NCBI GenBank assembly: GCA_035084275.1
Contig: CM068748.1
Location: forward strand, 10,478,001 to 10,542,000
Source: Hydrolagus colliei
Lineage: Eukaryota
Reading direction: 5' to 3'
DNA length: 64,000 nucleotides
The position numbers and the translations under genes are program-made. The number at the start of each line of letters is the position of its first letter. Position 1 is the first letter of the stretch. The notes under the pieces were generated by a model. The model saw only the letters and a list, made by a program, of their open reading frames with translations, made no database searches and was not told where the DNA came from. Below, piece by piece: positions 23,100-37,464 of this stretch.

Positions 23100-25875
23100 G
23101 TAAGTGTTGAGTCAGCATTAATGCACTGACTGCAACAGTTTTTTAAATGATAAAAATCATCAATGTACTGTACTTTTTCTGCTTGCATGATTAAACCAAC
23201 CATGGGAAAGCTCAGGTGGACACTTCCAACCTAAACTAGATTGTAGGCTAGAAAATTGTGATTTTTCTATTCACTTAAATCCGATCTCAGCTGCTGAAAG
23301 TTTAACCAAAAAATTAAACACAGGGTCATTCAATCACATGATTGGTGAACAGCTGCAGTTTTGAAAAGATTTGAGGTATGCCAAGTAATGGGAAAAGTCC
23401 AATAATGGAAGATACATGACATCATTCTTGTTAATACAGAATTTGGTTATTTTAAAATGGTGAGTTCAGCAGTGTGAATGCTTACTCAGGTTGGCTCGTG
23501 AACTGTTTTTGACCATTAAAAAAAAAGTCCTCTCCGGAAATGTTAATGTTGTGAAATGAGTGTGTTCTGTATAATGCTGCTCTATCTGCTAGATTACCTT
23601 TATTCTGAGTACTTGATTGAAACAGCCCAGCTGAATTAGCATTAGATTTGTTTTCATTTGAAAATATACCGAACTAGAAAACGTTATTATGAATACTGAA
23701 GTATCATAGAGCCATACATTATTGTCCTGCACCTTTGGAGAAGGGAGAGTTTATACTCTCTTCAGTAGCAGTGTAATGAGCTTTTATGTTAAAAATTCAA
23801 TTTTCCTTTTTCTCTACATTTCCTTCTTATCGTTTAGTTCCAGTTTGTTGTCAAGGAGGGAGAAAAACATTTTTCTCGTATTTAATTCACACCTTTTTTT
23901 TGCTTTTTTTGTTTACAGAATGTAACAATAATATTTGTTTTGAATATATAACGTGTTTGATTTTTAGTATGGTGAGGATACAAGGAGTAGCAAATGTACT
24001 GAGTTGGTTATTTATTCATGGCTGTTTGGGGAAACTTGCTGTGGCAAATTGGATGCTGCTGTCTGCAAATATAGTCACCACATTTTGCAGAAAAATTCTG
24101 TGAAGAGCTTTGAGAGATTTTGATGTAATAAGAAGCCATGTTGAATACAAAAAAAATATGATTTATTTGTATCTTGGAGAGAATGTTAGGAGCAGTGGTT
24201 ATTAGTAATTAAGAGTTAAGGCCGAAGCATAATGGCTTTTAACAACAACAAAATTACACTTGTGTAATGCCTTTCACGTCAGGAGGATATCCTGAGGCGT
24301 TCAATGTACTACCTACCTAAAGGTAGTAAGACAAATATTAGCAGAGGAAAAATAAGACAGAATATGGTGAAAAGACAGGAAAGTGGGGTGAAACAGATGG
24401 CTCTTGTAGAGAACAGGCACAATCGATTGAATGTCTGCCTTCTGTTTTGAAAAATATGATACTAAGGAAATGCTAATTGTAACTTGTATGGTTAGTGTTG
24501 GGCATTTGTAACTAAGCATTTGGGCAGGTTATTTATTTTATAATACTGTATTGAGTTTCACAAATCACTAGGCTTTTTAACTTTTGTAAATATTCTGCTT
24601 GTCTTGGTGTGGAATGTTTGTGCCAGAAAATAGCAGACTGCCCCATTTCAGGTATCCATTATTATCATTGAGCATGCCCAAATTAAAGAAAACACAGGTG
24701 CAAGATAAAGCTCCTTCCTGCTTCAATGATTGTGTACCTCATCAATGTGATATTTATTCTATTTCTAGCACCATCTAACCTGTGGTTTCATTGCTTCTTA
24801 ATTGAGGAGGCTTTGATGCGGAGAGCCCATGCCCACAAGATGCCATGCCTGGTGCCCAGACTGAATTCATCCAAGATCTTTGCAACCATAGTATTTTATT
24901 CCATTAGTCTGGACTGGATTTTAATCTAGGCCCCACGGAGAAAGACTGATTGGCTGTTTTAAACAAAAAATGTATTCTATTTTAAGATTCCAGACCATTT
25001 CCAGACCATATCACACATTTTGTTTCAAATGTGTGATATGCAAATAGACTTTGCACATCAGTGTATGAACACAACAATTTGGGTCAGTTATAAGAATATT
25101 GAAAACGTAGGTTGATACATAAAATTAAACCGACAAATATAATGACACCAAAGTAGAAAGATGTAGAATATAAGTATACATTGAATTTGAATAGGAAGTG
25201 ACCTGGGATTAACTGAAAGACTTCAATGCAATTAACCAATTTAAAAGGCTGATAAAATGTTGTGACGTATGGCTAGAATAGGGGGTTAAAGGTCTGGAGA
25301 AGCAATGTCGATTTGCATTGATTGAAACACTTGTCTTTGATTTGGCTTGTTTTGTCATAAAATTACCAAAAAGGCACTGTGTAGTGTTTGCACTTGTCTT
25401 GTAATTTTGGGATCTGAGACATTGGACTAAGGTGGCTGAGTAATATGGGCATTGCCCTAAATATGTGTGTTTAGGGGCTTTAGTTTACTACACTGGTACA
25501 TGTTTATTCAAGCAAGCCATCAAGGCTGTGAAAAAAATGTATGCAAAATGTATGCATGCATTTTGGTTGAAAATATGATAATAATGCAGAGCAAAAGTAA
25601 AAGCCCTGTGGGACGTTCTAAGTTTGTGCAGTTCAGTTTGATTCTGCATAGTGAGTTTTTGATGGAGTTGTCGGGGAATCAGTATTTCCTTAAATGTTTT
25701 ACACTCATTGCAATGAAATGGTGAGCAGTTAAAATTCATTCTTGCTAGGATTTCCAAAAATATTCTACATTCATTAGATTGTAATTGAAACATTGTAAAA
25801 ATAGTAAATAAAAAAATTCTGTGTGATCTTGATTTTGTATTGATAGTTGTGGCGCTCACTATGTGTACTTTTCAG

Positions 25876-25994
25876 ATGCGCTGGAGTTTAGCGAAGAGTC
25901 TTTTCCTACGCTTCCTGATGTGGGTCGGAAACAAGTAAGCAAACAGGAAAAAGCCAAGGAGAATACCAGAAAAATCTTTCATGGACCGAAACGG
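25876..25994 (+). CDS. WAPL: WAPL exon 4
   Basis: ttttcag|AT GCG..; DALEFSEE...KENTRKIFHGPKR; CGG|gtaaga; phase 1-0. Absent from the ORF track because it is short. Confidence 0.93.
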
Positions 25995-26369
25995 GTAAGA
26001 ATTACAGACTGCTCCAATATGTAGATAATCCTTGTTATGAAGTCATGGCATGAGATAATTCACTTGCTTAGCCATGTTGAATTATTGAGATTCAAATTAT
26101 GAATAGACATCTAACTATAAACTGACGCTGTTGTATCTAGATACTACCAAAATTGTACAAATTGAAACTGTTGCCTATAATCTTGGAGTTCTCCTGACAC
26201 AGCAGGAAGAAATGTCACATGCCATCAGTAAGAAAATACTTTGAGAATGATCTGTTCAATTTGATCTACCACTGTGGTGTATGGAGAATACCTCAATTTG
26301 AACACTAATGGTATTTAAATTAACTAGATCTGTTTTGCACTTTGAAACTTCAATCTTTTATTTCCATTG

Positions 26370-26690
26370 AGTCTTAGAAGGAACTTGAAATAGCAGATCA
26401 GTAAGAGAATTAGACTATATCCAGTTGGGGTAGGAACATGGAAATGTTGATGGGAGATTTGAGAATACTTCTAACATTATCATATTTTAGTAGAGTAAAT
26501 CGGGAGAAATTGTTTTCACTTTAATGAGTCAGAAAGCATTGATTTAAGATAAATAGCAAAGGGGGAATATTAGGAGGAATTTGCTGCTCAGAATGTTGGG
26601 ATGCTCTTCGAAGAGCAGTGGTCAAGATGACAACCATAGTTTTTCAAGAGGTGACCATGATAGATGTCAAAAAGGAGAAATTTGCAGGGT
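26370..26690 (+). mobile_element. Decayed CR1 LINE 3' fragment
   Basis: gtaaatcgggagaaattgttttcac.., ttaggaggaatttgctgctcagaatg; the (NREKLFP, RRNFFTQR)-like region. Confidence 0.5.
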
Positions 26691-26696
26691 ATTTGT

Positions 26697-27010
26697 GGAG
26701 TTCTGTCGCTCAATGGTTAGAGCACACAAATGTTGGGCAAGTTTCCTTGCTCTACATGTCTCTGTTTACCACACAGTAAGTTGGAATTCACTTATTAGTC
26801 AATTGGCGGATTGCTTTTCTATGGGTAATAACTACTTTCAAGATATTGGTCACTTCAATCCATGACTGTTTGTAGGACGCTGTGTGCAATTGGCTGCTGG
26901 ATTTCACCCACAAATTTAGTCATTTCACTTTACAATGTATTCTGTGAAGCGATTTGAGATGTCTCAGAGTTGCGATAAGGCACTATATCAAATGCATGGA
27001 TTATTATTAT
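26697..27010 (+). mobile_element. tRNA-derived SINE
   Basis: ggagttctgtcgctcaatggttagagc..ttgggcaagtttcc..tatcaaatgcatggattattattat. Confidence 0.8.
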
Positions 27011-29299
27011 AAAAAGCAAGTAAATGAGACTAAATTGATTTATTTTTCAAATTGTTAGCACTTAAATGGTCAGCTGGATGTCTGCCTTCTGTACTATAGT
27101 GGACTACAGCTATACACCTACATTTTTTTTCCCAAGAATTGGAAAACTTTTGAAAAACTTTTATAAAGCTCTTATTTATAATCTTGATTGTTTATTGTAT
27201 ATGCAATGCGGAAATGAAAGGGACCGATGGAACATGAGGGAAACAATCAAGGAGACATGTTGTTCCATGTTCACCAAACGTTTTCCGCATCACTGATTTA
27301 TTCGCAGTATATTACCAGCGAAAATTGCTTACCTGTTCCTGCCAAGTCACAGATTTTGTATTGTGTACATTTATATACAACCTTTACTGATGGGTAAGAT
27401 ATTATAAAACAAATCAAAGAGTTATGGAGACTTAAGCCTGAATTGAAAAGGCGCTATTGATGACTGGGCCTGGTTTGCAGTAATTGTCTCCATTTAGTTG
27501 TCAGTAAACAATGTCCTTTTTAGTAAAGCTCATTACCAACTATTTGTATGATTTAAAAAAAACATTGATGTCATTTGAATTACTTATTGCCAACTTCTAT
27601 GGTGCAAATTTAAGTGTCCACTGATTGTACGTGAACTGAAAAGGATTTCTCTCTTTTATCGCGGATTAAAATGTCTTATTACTTTTGGAAGAGATCACCA
27701 AAGAATGGGCATTATGGCTAAAAGCATTTACATTTGTGAGATCTTACAGAGGCTGGAGAGATGGGTACAACATATTGAAAAATCTTTGATATGCAAAAAG
27801 CACAAATTTGAGTTTTAGCCACAGTGTAGTGAAGTAAAGTCATAAACTAGCAATGTTCTAGACATAAATGAATTGAACAAAGGAATTTGAAGTACAAATG
27901 AATGTGAAATGGAATCCCAAGGTTGTCCATGGATGGAGTGTGCTTCCATGAAGATTGATAAAAGCACAATATCAAATGCAAATATTATTTTGATGTAAGT
28001 TAAATATTTGCTACGGTTGTATTTCAGATAATACTAAACTAATAGCTGAACTGTGCAGACCAGGAAAGTTCCAGATTTAGACCCCATTTTGTACTGTAGT
28101 TTGAATAGATGTGCTGTGTTTGGCTTATTGTCCTGGGATTGGTGGGGTAAAAATCTCCAGGCTCACACAGTATCCAGTGAACTTTCATGTGAAATATGCT
28201 GTATGAATATCCAGTGAGAACAAGATTTATATTTAGTGTGATAGCTTCTGAGATCTCAAACTTCTACCTTGAACCACAAATAAAAAAAATGACCTCGTAG
28301 ATTATGTTCCTTCCACAACAGTTACTTGTTAGCAATTTGGTAAAATCCAATCTTTTGAAATTTATTGTGCAAATTTGCACATTTTATTCCTCTAACAAAA
28401 CATTTGTTTATTTGCCCTGTAAGTTTCACTTGACCTGCTACTCCCACAAATTCCATTGTATAATTATGAAATACCTATGGTGAATGAATTCAAATTTGCT
28501 GTGCTGTAAGGAATCCATTTCATCATCAGATTAATACTATATAAACAATCTCTTTATATCTAAGATTGTTTTGCCCTCCCTGCACAAATCTCAATCTGGC
28601 TTTATTTTTCTCTTTGATGCCAGAAAACATAACTGTCATGATTTGGTTGTAATCCACAATTTGTACTAAAGGTGGGAGAATATAATGTTTCTTATTTGTG
28701 ACTAAAATGGAACTGTGTATTTGATCTTGTGTGGATTGGCCTAGGGGAACACGGTGTCTTTTAAACTGTTATCAACTCCTGTTTTGTGTTGAGGTTCAGC
28801 TTGAATGCATCATTCTGGTCCACCAGCAGGCCCTAACAGCATGATAAACGGACATGTCAGTACTGAACCTTGGTTCCATGTGAAAGGGCAAAACATGCGT
28901 ATTTTTCTGTCAATTACCACTGGTGCCTTGAGAAAATATCTGACCTTGTCACAACTGATGGTGTCATCTGAAGTTTGGAAGCAAAACACGAAAGCTAGCA
29001 TGTTCTTGATCTCAGCAAGATAGCAGGTTGGTGATCAAATTTCTGAAAGGCACATTCATTCTACAGGTTCCAGGTTATGCAAAGGTGTCATTCACCATTA
29101 GGATATTGGGTCATTATATTCATGTGATGGTGTGTCACAATAGGTCCATCCACGTGTATGATGCAAGACTTGAGGTGACCAAACAAGCTGGATATTTAAA
29201 TGATATTTTATTCTGAAAATTTACAAAACTCCCCAAAACATAATGGAAACCTACGGTAAACTAAATAAACCCTCAACAACAATGAAATTTCACTTGTAC

Positions 29300-29885
29300 A
29301 GTGCGATAGAGGGCCTGTCAGAAAATATGGAGAGGCTGGAGTCTGCTGAACAGAGCGGACTGAAAGGTTGATATGGGGTCAGCAGGTCGCAGAAGTAGGA
29401 AAGGGCGAGGCTGTGGCAGACTTTCAAGGCGAGGGCGAGGATTTTGAACTCTATCCTCTGGGGGATAGGGAGACAGTGGATCGAGGATGGAGGTGATCGC
29501 TGTTGCGGGAGAGGACACAAACTGCCCAGTTCTGGATGATCAGCAGTTTGTAGAGGGAAGAGTTGCGGAGGCGACATGGTGGGAGTTGCCATAGTCGAGC
29601 CTAGATGTGATGAATGCATGATGAGGGTTCGGCAGCCTGAGGAGTGAGGCGGTGGTGTCATCTGCATACATGTGAAACTTGACCCCATATCTGTGCATGA
29701 TGTTACCAAGGGGGAGTGGATCATGTAGATACTGAAGAGGAGGACCCCCAAGGACAGAGCTCTGAGGAATGGCGCACAAGATGGTGTGGGGACTAGAACG
29801 GACACCATTTGTGGCAATAAGATGGTGTGAGAGCTTTGAATACAACAAACAAAAACAAAATTGCACTTATGTAGAGCCTTTCACA
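29300..29885 (-). mobile_element. L2 LINE fragment including RT YADD
   Basis: ORF track: IPQSSVLG..LGNIMHRYGVKFHMYADDT, HAFITSRLDYGN, QRIEFKILAL. Confidence 0.85.
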
Positions 29886-30469
29886 TCGGGAATAACTGGT
29901 CCTGAGATTCCATAAAGGCAAGTCGAAGACTGGATGGTACAGAAGATTAATGTATCCTTTGCTTGATTCCATTCAGATTGGAGATATTAATAACGTATCC
30001 TCTCTTTGTCCTCTATTACATTTGTTATGTGAAATGAGATGGGCAGTCTCAATCTAGTTTCTGTGAGGATGGGGAAATTGCCTCTAAATTGGCGATCTCA
30101 CTTACGACCTTTGGGGAGTAGAAATGTTCATATTGGTGCTTTTCTGCGATTGGGAATAAGACCTATCAAATAGAAAAAAAGCAAACTTATGGAATCTGCA
30201 CTGGGTTATTGCATACATGGCACTGCGTCTTCAAAAGTAGAGCACATTTTTTTCAATATTGACATAGCTCACCTTAATAAATGCAAATTCAACTTTTTTT
30301 TTTTTTTTTAACCTGCATTCAATGTCTGTTCCACATCTTTCTCCAACCTACCTTTTTATTCTACTGTGTTGTACAGTGATGCAGTTGACATCACAATTTT
30401 GCAGGTGCAAAATCTGTTCTCTACGTTTCTTAGAAGCTGCATCTCGTGAAAGAAGTGGGAGATCACGAG

Positions 30470-30775
30470 CTTGTGTCCCAACCAACCTGCTTACTCCCTC
30501 CGTTCAGCAGGCTCTGGTCTGCTGCATGTCTCCCACCCTACCATCGGTGCCGGGCTTTCAGCTTCTTTGCCCCCACACTCGATCCCTCTGCCTCCCTTGC
30601 CTTCTTCAAGGCCGGTCTCAAGACCCTCTTCAACTGAGCCTTTGGATGCCCTCTGCCTCTCTGCCTTCCATCATCCCTACACCACCCCTCCCCCATGCTT
30701 GGTTCATGACTCCTGACTGCACAGCGCCTTGGGTATTCCCGACGTGGAATGCGCTCTATAAATGTAATTTTGTTA
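30470..30775 (+). mobile_element. L2 LINE 3' end
   Basis: YSLRSAGSGLLHV..RAFSFFAP..FKAGLKTLF; tail gcgctctataaatgtaattttgtt. Confidence 0.8.
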
Positions 30776-30924
30776 TGTGCTTGCTGCAACAGTTCAGAAG
30801 AGTGCGTTTTTAGGAGAAACTATTATAATATGCAATGCATGATGTTTGTATTTCTGCTCCTTAGTTACACAGACCTGTTTTTCTACTGTTGAGTAGTCAG
30901 CTGACCTATTACATTTACATTACA

Positions 30925-31122
30925 TGGGCAAGTTTCCTTACTCCATATGCCTGATAATAAGCATTCACGGGAACAAAATGTGGGACACTACCATGCACAA
31001 TTGGCTGCCAAGTTTCGGCCACAAATATACAGTCAATTCACTTTACAGTATATCCTGTGAAGCGATTTGAGATGTCTAGAAGACGTGTGAAATGCGCTAT
31101 AACAAATACAAGAATTATTATT
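30925..31122 (+). mobile_element. 5'-truncated SINE
   Basis: tgggcaagtttcc..caattggctgcc..gtgaaatgcgctataacaaatacaagaattattatt. Confidence 0.75.
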
Positions 31123-34054
31123 AAATACTTTTCTAAAATACTGTCTTCTACAGACGTGCTAGTGACAGAATTGAGGTGTGTAAACACAAAAACAATCCTT
31201 CCAATTACTTTGCTAATGCAAGGAAAACAATATTGTTTAGGTAGAATAAGTGGTTCACTTAGCATGCTTGCAGTTTTGAAATCCTGACCATCAGCTGTTA
31301 ATATAGAGGAAGCTAAACATCAGATTTTGCATAGCTGAATCATCCAGGTATTTAAATTGTGGCCTAGTCTGAGACTGTGGAAAACTGAATTAGGAGATAT
31401 AGTTCTTGTAATCTAGATTCTACCTTGAATTCTTGTTGAATAATGGTGCAATTTACAAATGCTATGATGAAAGTAAGTGCATAATGTTCATTCTGATTGT
31501 AGATGAATGTTGGAGCATCTCTCTTCTAAGCACCTATTATAAAATTTATAGTCTTAATATAATCTACCTTTATATGAAATTATTGGAATGTAAATATTTA
31601 CATAGGACTCTACTATGTCAAGGCTTGTTATTTTGGTTCAGCTTTTCGCTATTGAGCAGTTTAGCTGACCGTCAGCTTTTAAGCCGCATCGGTGATCATC
31701 TTCAGATCACTTGGGGGAAATAACTGTTTTCGGTCCAAACTAATGACTTTCATCAACATTCTCCACAGGTATGCTAGGTATTCTGGCAGGGGAGAGGGAA
31801 ATTATTATACCCTCTTCATTGCTCTTGCTATTGTTTTAAAGCTTTCCTACTTTTAATGTCAGCGGTTTCTGTTATTCTGGAAAAAAACTACTGCATAAAT
31901 ATTGAACCCTTATTTTGGCTTTCTCTGTTTCTTGGGATTTATATTTTTCCACTGAATTCTGTGAAATCGTTCTCAGGTTGCATAAATAATCTCTCAAAAA
32001 AATGTTTGCAAAGTTTTTCTCAGTCAATTCTATCGCATTACATTCTTTATAGCATATAGCAGTTGTTTGATTCTGCGCTTCGTTAAGATGGAAAGATGGA
32101 AGTTTTTTTTCATCGCTGCTGTTTAAAATATTGCATGGAGTGCCCTGGGACTCTTCACAGTTTCTGATGGGCATGACTTTCAAGTTGCCTTTTCTGAATC
32201 ATGAAACAATCAGCAGTTTCATATTCATATAGATAGTTCTTTCTGGAAACTGTCCACAATATCTAAAGCATCATCAGTCTGGGAAGCTACATAAATATCA
32301 ACTTGTCTTCGCTGGACAAAAACCAACTTATGTTACTAATGTAGGGCTGAGGGAAAATTGACTTGGAGAATAAATTATCTTGACTTTCTCATGGAAATCA
32401 ATATTGTTCGCATTTTACTTGCTCCAGTACAGTTGCTCAAAGCAGAGACACAAAAGTGATTTCATTATCGTACCTTGGTCTCACAAACCACAATTTTCAG
32501 AAATCCCAGCGAATGACATGATTTTGCGATCCTTCATAAATCCTCAGATTTGGGGGTAAGTTCTTCAGTTCTTCTCTTTGACAACCTGGTGTTTGTCAGT
32601 ACTGTTGCCCCAAGGAAAGGGGTGAACTAATTGGCCCTAAAACTTCAAATGGGAGATGGTTCCATTTAAATTTCTCTTCCAAATCTAGTTAAGTAACACA
32701 TAAGTTCATGCTGCTTTTCCTTGTTTGGTTCTTGCCTTTCAAACCAATCTCTTAGACAGTGCTTTTGTTCAACATCCTTAAATCTCTTTTTCTTCCTACT
32801 TGCTACTTCTTATTAATTAACTTAGTATTTGTTAAGCTCTTTGAGATGTACATCCTACGTGGAACATGCCATACAGGTGCAAGTTTGTTTTACAATTACA
32901 GCCTTCTATGGGGTTTTCCCTTGTATTCTTGCCATCTGAGGTGCCATGTAGGAGCATCTATTAATATCCCACTTTAAAAAAGGGATCTGACAACTCAACT
33001 CACTCTCTTTCTGGCCCTGGCCTCTTTTTTTTTAAATTCACTCATCTATAGTTGAGATATTCAATTGATTCTACATAAAATTTGAACTTGTATTGCTCCC
33101 TGACAGTAGGCTTAGAGAGATCTCAGTGTTGTTAGGCAATAGCTCTATCATACGCGACATGCTGACTGGATGGTTTCCATCTGAAGTGCTTCTGTAGACT
33201 TGCATCTTGGCTACGTTTAAAGAAGGCATCACGTCCTTTATTGTTCTCCCTATTATAGCAGCAAAACTGTTGCATTGATTCTAGGAAGTGCCAAGTATAT
33301 TAAGCTGAACATGCCACACCTTTATATAGAATCTTCTCAGTTATTCAATGTCAACTGTCCCAAAGGAAATTGGGACTAAACAGCTTCATATAGGTAAATA
33401 GTAGAATGCTTTTTAACTGATAGATTAACTATTGAAATATTTTCTGTGAAAGTTTAAGCTAATTCATGTGCTGCATTTAGAACTACCTTGGTCAAGCTTC
33501 TTTGAAATATTTGTAAAGTTGGAATGTGAAGTAAGCTGCTAATTTTCATCAAACATAGTTAGATCTGGCAAAGATATCAGTTGGTATGTTTGGCACAACT
33601 AAGATCTCCACTCTGTCACTGCAATCGCTGATCTTCTCTTGTTATTTGATGTTGGTACTTGGCTGATCTCCAGCAGTGTGGATAGCTGCTGAACTAGTGG
33701 GGAGAGAGGCAGCACCTTCCCACATTATGCTCCCATCCTCTGTCTGAATTGAGTTCGTATGATTTTTCTACTTTGGGACTGTCGGAGAAAATTATTTACT
33801 GATTATTAATTAGGGTAATTCCTAAATACATGGAGCAGGAAAAATCACGTCGTGATGTCCTGGCATCACAAGATATTAAGAGGGCATCACTATGTGATTT
33901 TTGTTTTTCCCCGGCAGAATATCTACCGGTGCAGGATAATCAACGATGTGGGAAGGATATCGACACAGAAAGAACAAAGAAGATCCTACAAGGTAGTTAA
34001 TCTCTCTTTCAGGCTTGGGTGCCTCACAATCTGCATCCAAAGCTCGAAAGGGTC

Positions 34055-34162
34055 CTGATCTGCATTGCTTCCTGATACTGATCTGCATTGCTTCACAAGA
34101 CTGTTCTGCATTGCTTTCCAATACTGTTCTACATTGCTTCCCAAGACTGATCGCATTGCTTC
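34055..34162. repeat. 23-bp tandem repeat, about 4.5 copies
   Basis: ctgatctgcattgcttcctgata / ctgatctgcattgcttcacaaga / ctgttctgcattgctttccaata / ctgttctacattgcttcccaaga / ctgatcgcattgcttc. Confidence 0.85.
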
Positions 34163-34272
34163 TGTTGCTCACAGAGGTCGGAGCAGCTCTGGTTATTTTT
34201 GAAACCCAAAATGGCAGACTTGCTTGAAGGAGTATTTGGCGTAAGCTTCAAGGTGGGAATCTTCGAGTTTGT

Positions 34273-34568
34273 GGAGTCCTGTAGCTCAGTGGCACTTGCG
34301 TCATACGTGAGAGACATGGGTTCAATTCCTGGCAGGGCGAAACCTTGGACAAGTTTTCTTACTCTACACACCTGTTAATAATCCCTCGAAAAAATATATA
34401 ATGGTCAGTTTAATTCAAGACTATTTGTGGGACACTGCTGTGCACAATTGGCTGCCTCATTTTACCCACAAATATACAGTCAATTCACATTACAGTAAAT
34501 TCTGTGAAGCACTTTGAGACATCTGGAAGAAGTAAAAAAGTGCTAAATCAAATGCAAGGATTATTATT
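34273..34568 (+). mobile_element. Full-length tRNA-derived SINE
   Basis: ggagtcctgtagctcagtgg..ggttcaattcc (A and B boxes), collinear with 6079-6381. Confidence 0.85.
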
Positions 34569-36161
34569 GCAGGCGACAAAGAAAGAGAGAAGAAATGTAG
34601 GACTTAGTGTTGAAAAGCCTTTTTTCCCCAATCCAACTTTTAAAATCAGATTCAGTGGCTTGAATGGATATTGAGTGGCTTTTGTTGCATTGGAGTTTGG
34701 TTTTGTACTGTTCATATGCATATCTCACTAAAATCACAGGTACAGTCAGCTTCTCTGGGACTTTCGTTTAGCTGGAGACTAAAAGCAAAAATGTGCTATG
34801 ACATGGCTTCGATGGTCTTTATTTTAACAACACTTACATGTATCAGTCAGACATTAGACGTTAATTGTCATTATGTTTCTGATGGAAGGAGAAATTTGCC
34901 ACCATCCTTAAGAGTATCCAAACTAGGTTGGAGAAATTCCCTGTACGTGGAATGGTGTGAGACTTTTTCCCTGTATAATTAATTCAAGAAAGTGTTGGGC
35001 ATCAACTGGCAAGACTTGAGGCTTGGGAACTGCAGGGTATGTATTGGGATACTTTCCATTGGAAATACTATTTGGCAAGCTTCTCTGTTTGTCCATCTTG
35101 GGCTACTCTATCCATTAGGACTTTGGCTTGCGAGACTAACAAAAGCTAATGGGAAGAATCCATGCTACCAGTGACTGATCTATTCCTCCGAAGTTTTCAA
35201 CAACAGAGATAGGCTGGTCTGTTATAAACTGTGACTCCTAAGTACTTTGGATCCACCGACAACTGAGACCACTTCAAAGGATCAACTCTAATTCGATATT
35301 CTGTTGCTAGACACATTACCTTGGAGCTAGCTCAATCCTAAAGAAACTCTGCTTCCTTTCAGCTGATCAAATGTAGTCACTAGTTGGTCATTCAACAATT
35401 GAATAATCTAGGTTTTAGCCCTGATGAGGTGGATATAGGTTCCTGTAACTTCTTTTGAGCAACCTAACTCAGCATAAAATGTTTGCGAGCACTACCACTA
35501 TCGTTCTGCCAAAGCTCGGATACAATCCTATTAAGAATGGTTCCACCAGTTTGAAGTGTGGAATTTAGCAACAGCTGCTTATCTCTGTACACCAATCAAG
35601 GAAAATATACCAAGCCCTTGTATTACGAGCATGCTTTCAAAAATTATGTTGAATTTTGTAAAAGATACTGCATCTTCATTTGAATGATCTGATCATTAAC
35701 TTATTCAACCATAAAGATATTTACAACACAACAGCAACAAAATTACATTTAGTGCCTTTCATGTCGGGAGGATGTCCCAAGACCCTGAACTTTGTCATCT
35801 GAAGCAAATTACTGTGACGGATTTATCGACAAGAATTTTCATTTTTACTTCCCCAAATTGTCTCTTCGACAACCAAATAATTACCAATCTGATCAATATT
35901 TTTGTCAAATGATCAATTACTGCAAATCCTCAATCTTTGAAGCATTTGGTTTTAAAACCTAGATTGCAAAATATTCCTGGAAATTTTGTGTAGCAAAGCT
36001 ATCAAAGCTGCTTGCATTCAGCTATTTATCACTAAATTGGAACTCTACTGCCAATAATATGTTGTTTAATTTGACCATTTGATACAGCACTAGTACCAAT
36101 AATCCTTCCTGATTGGGATATTAACATTAACTGCCAGGAACATTAACAAGGCATCATTCTT

Positions 36162-36252
36162 TGTGTCGCATTCTCTGTCAAGAGTGCGACACATTCTGTT
36201 GAGAATGCGACATATTGTCTCTGTCGAGAATGCGACACATTCTCTATTGAGA
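36162..36252. repeat. Palindrome followed by 21-26 bp direct repeats
   Basis: tgtgtcgcattct..agagtgcgacaca, then two further gagaatgcgaca(c/t)att units. Confidence 0.75.
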
Positions 36253-37464
36253 TACCTGCAATACCAGTTTTGACACTGAGATGAGATTCCCTGATTCTCC
36301 CAAATCTATCGCCCTTTGAAGTATGTTTATGCCATTACAAGAATGTTTACAAGCAGCAGTTCAAGTGGAGAAGGAGGCAGAAAGAAAATGGATTTGATCC
36401 TGAATTCTAAGCAGGACATTTAGAAAGTAAACACTTCAAGTTCTTGAAACAATAGCTATTTACATTTAGAATATAGCTATGGTAATGGAGGACTAATCTA
36501 ATGTAACAATAAGGCTAAGAGTATGAGCTGTAAACTAACTAAACATTTCAAAATAGTAGCTGTTTGAAGCATTCAAAAATGTCATTACTGTACAGTGTAT
36601 TACTGCAGGTACCATTCTTAATTCAACAAAAATGCCTGAGAATTAGATTTCCTTCCAGCAAAAATGTCCAGCCAATTAGAAGACAGTACTAAGTAACAAA
36701 ATTGGACATTTGCCAAAGCATACTCCCTGGGGAAGGGGCAATTGAAGATGTTTCAAATTTATAGTAGACTGTAAGTCTATTGTCGATTATTGTCCTGTGT
36801 TAATGTTTGGGGGTAGTTTCTATAAGATGCACATTGATTTGAATTTCCATTATAGTAACAAAAATCCATATGCAGACTTGTACAATTGTCCTCCCATTTT
36901 TGCTCTTGATATAATTGGTTAGGTTTTATGTTCTTTTGATCATGATGCATAGTGTCTTACACTTTTGTGGTTATGAATTTGGAATTCAGTGCAATGTAAA
37001 GTCTCATTTGATTGAGTAAAAGCGGAGGGAGTATGGTCCAAATGGTGGCTATATCTACTATCAAATCTACATGTGCAAATCAAAGAATGAGGAAAAAATA
37101 CTTAAATTGTGCTTTTAAACAATCTTGGAATAGTGTCCAGGTGTATGTATGGTCTTCTCTACCATATTCAAAGCAGGTCTGCTTTAAATTTACATATCTT
37201 CATATCTTGACAGTATCAGTTGAACAACCTTTACATAGATCTTCTACTACATTTATTTATTTATTTATTCATGTAATGCTTACCTTTAATGCTAATATAA
37301 ATATATATTACCACTTTTGATATTCATTTGCATTAAAATAGTTATGTGATATATTCATTTTTCTGGAGGGTAATTTGTACAATATTGGAGTGAAGTGAAT
37401 TTCATATATAGTAATACTTGCATAAGTCTTATCTTTAGAAATTGGATAATCACCTAAGTCGATT

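Noticed and set aside
27206-27290. pre-miRNA-like hairpin (atgcggaaa..atggaaca / tgttccat..tttccgcat)
   Set aside because: The stem consists of two short helices separated by poorly pairing segments; more likely the centre of an old MITE.
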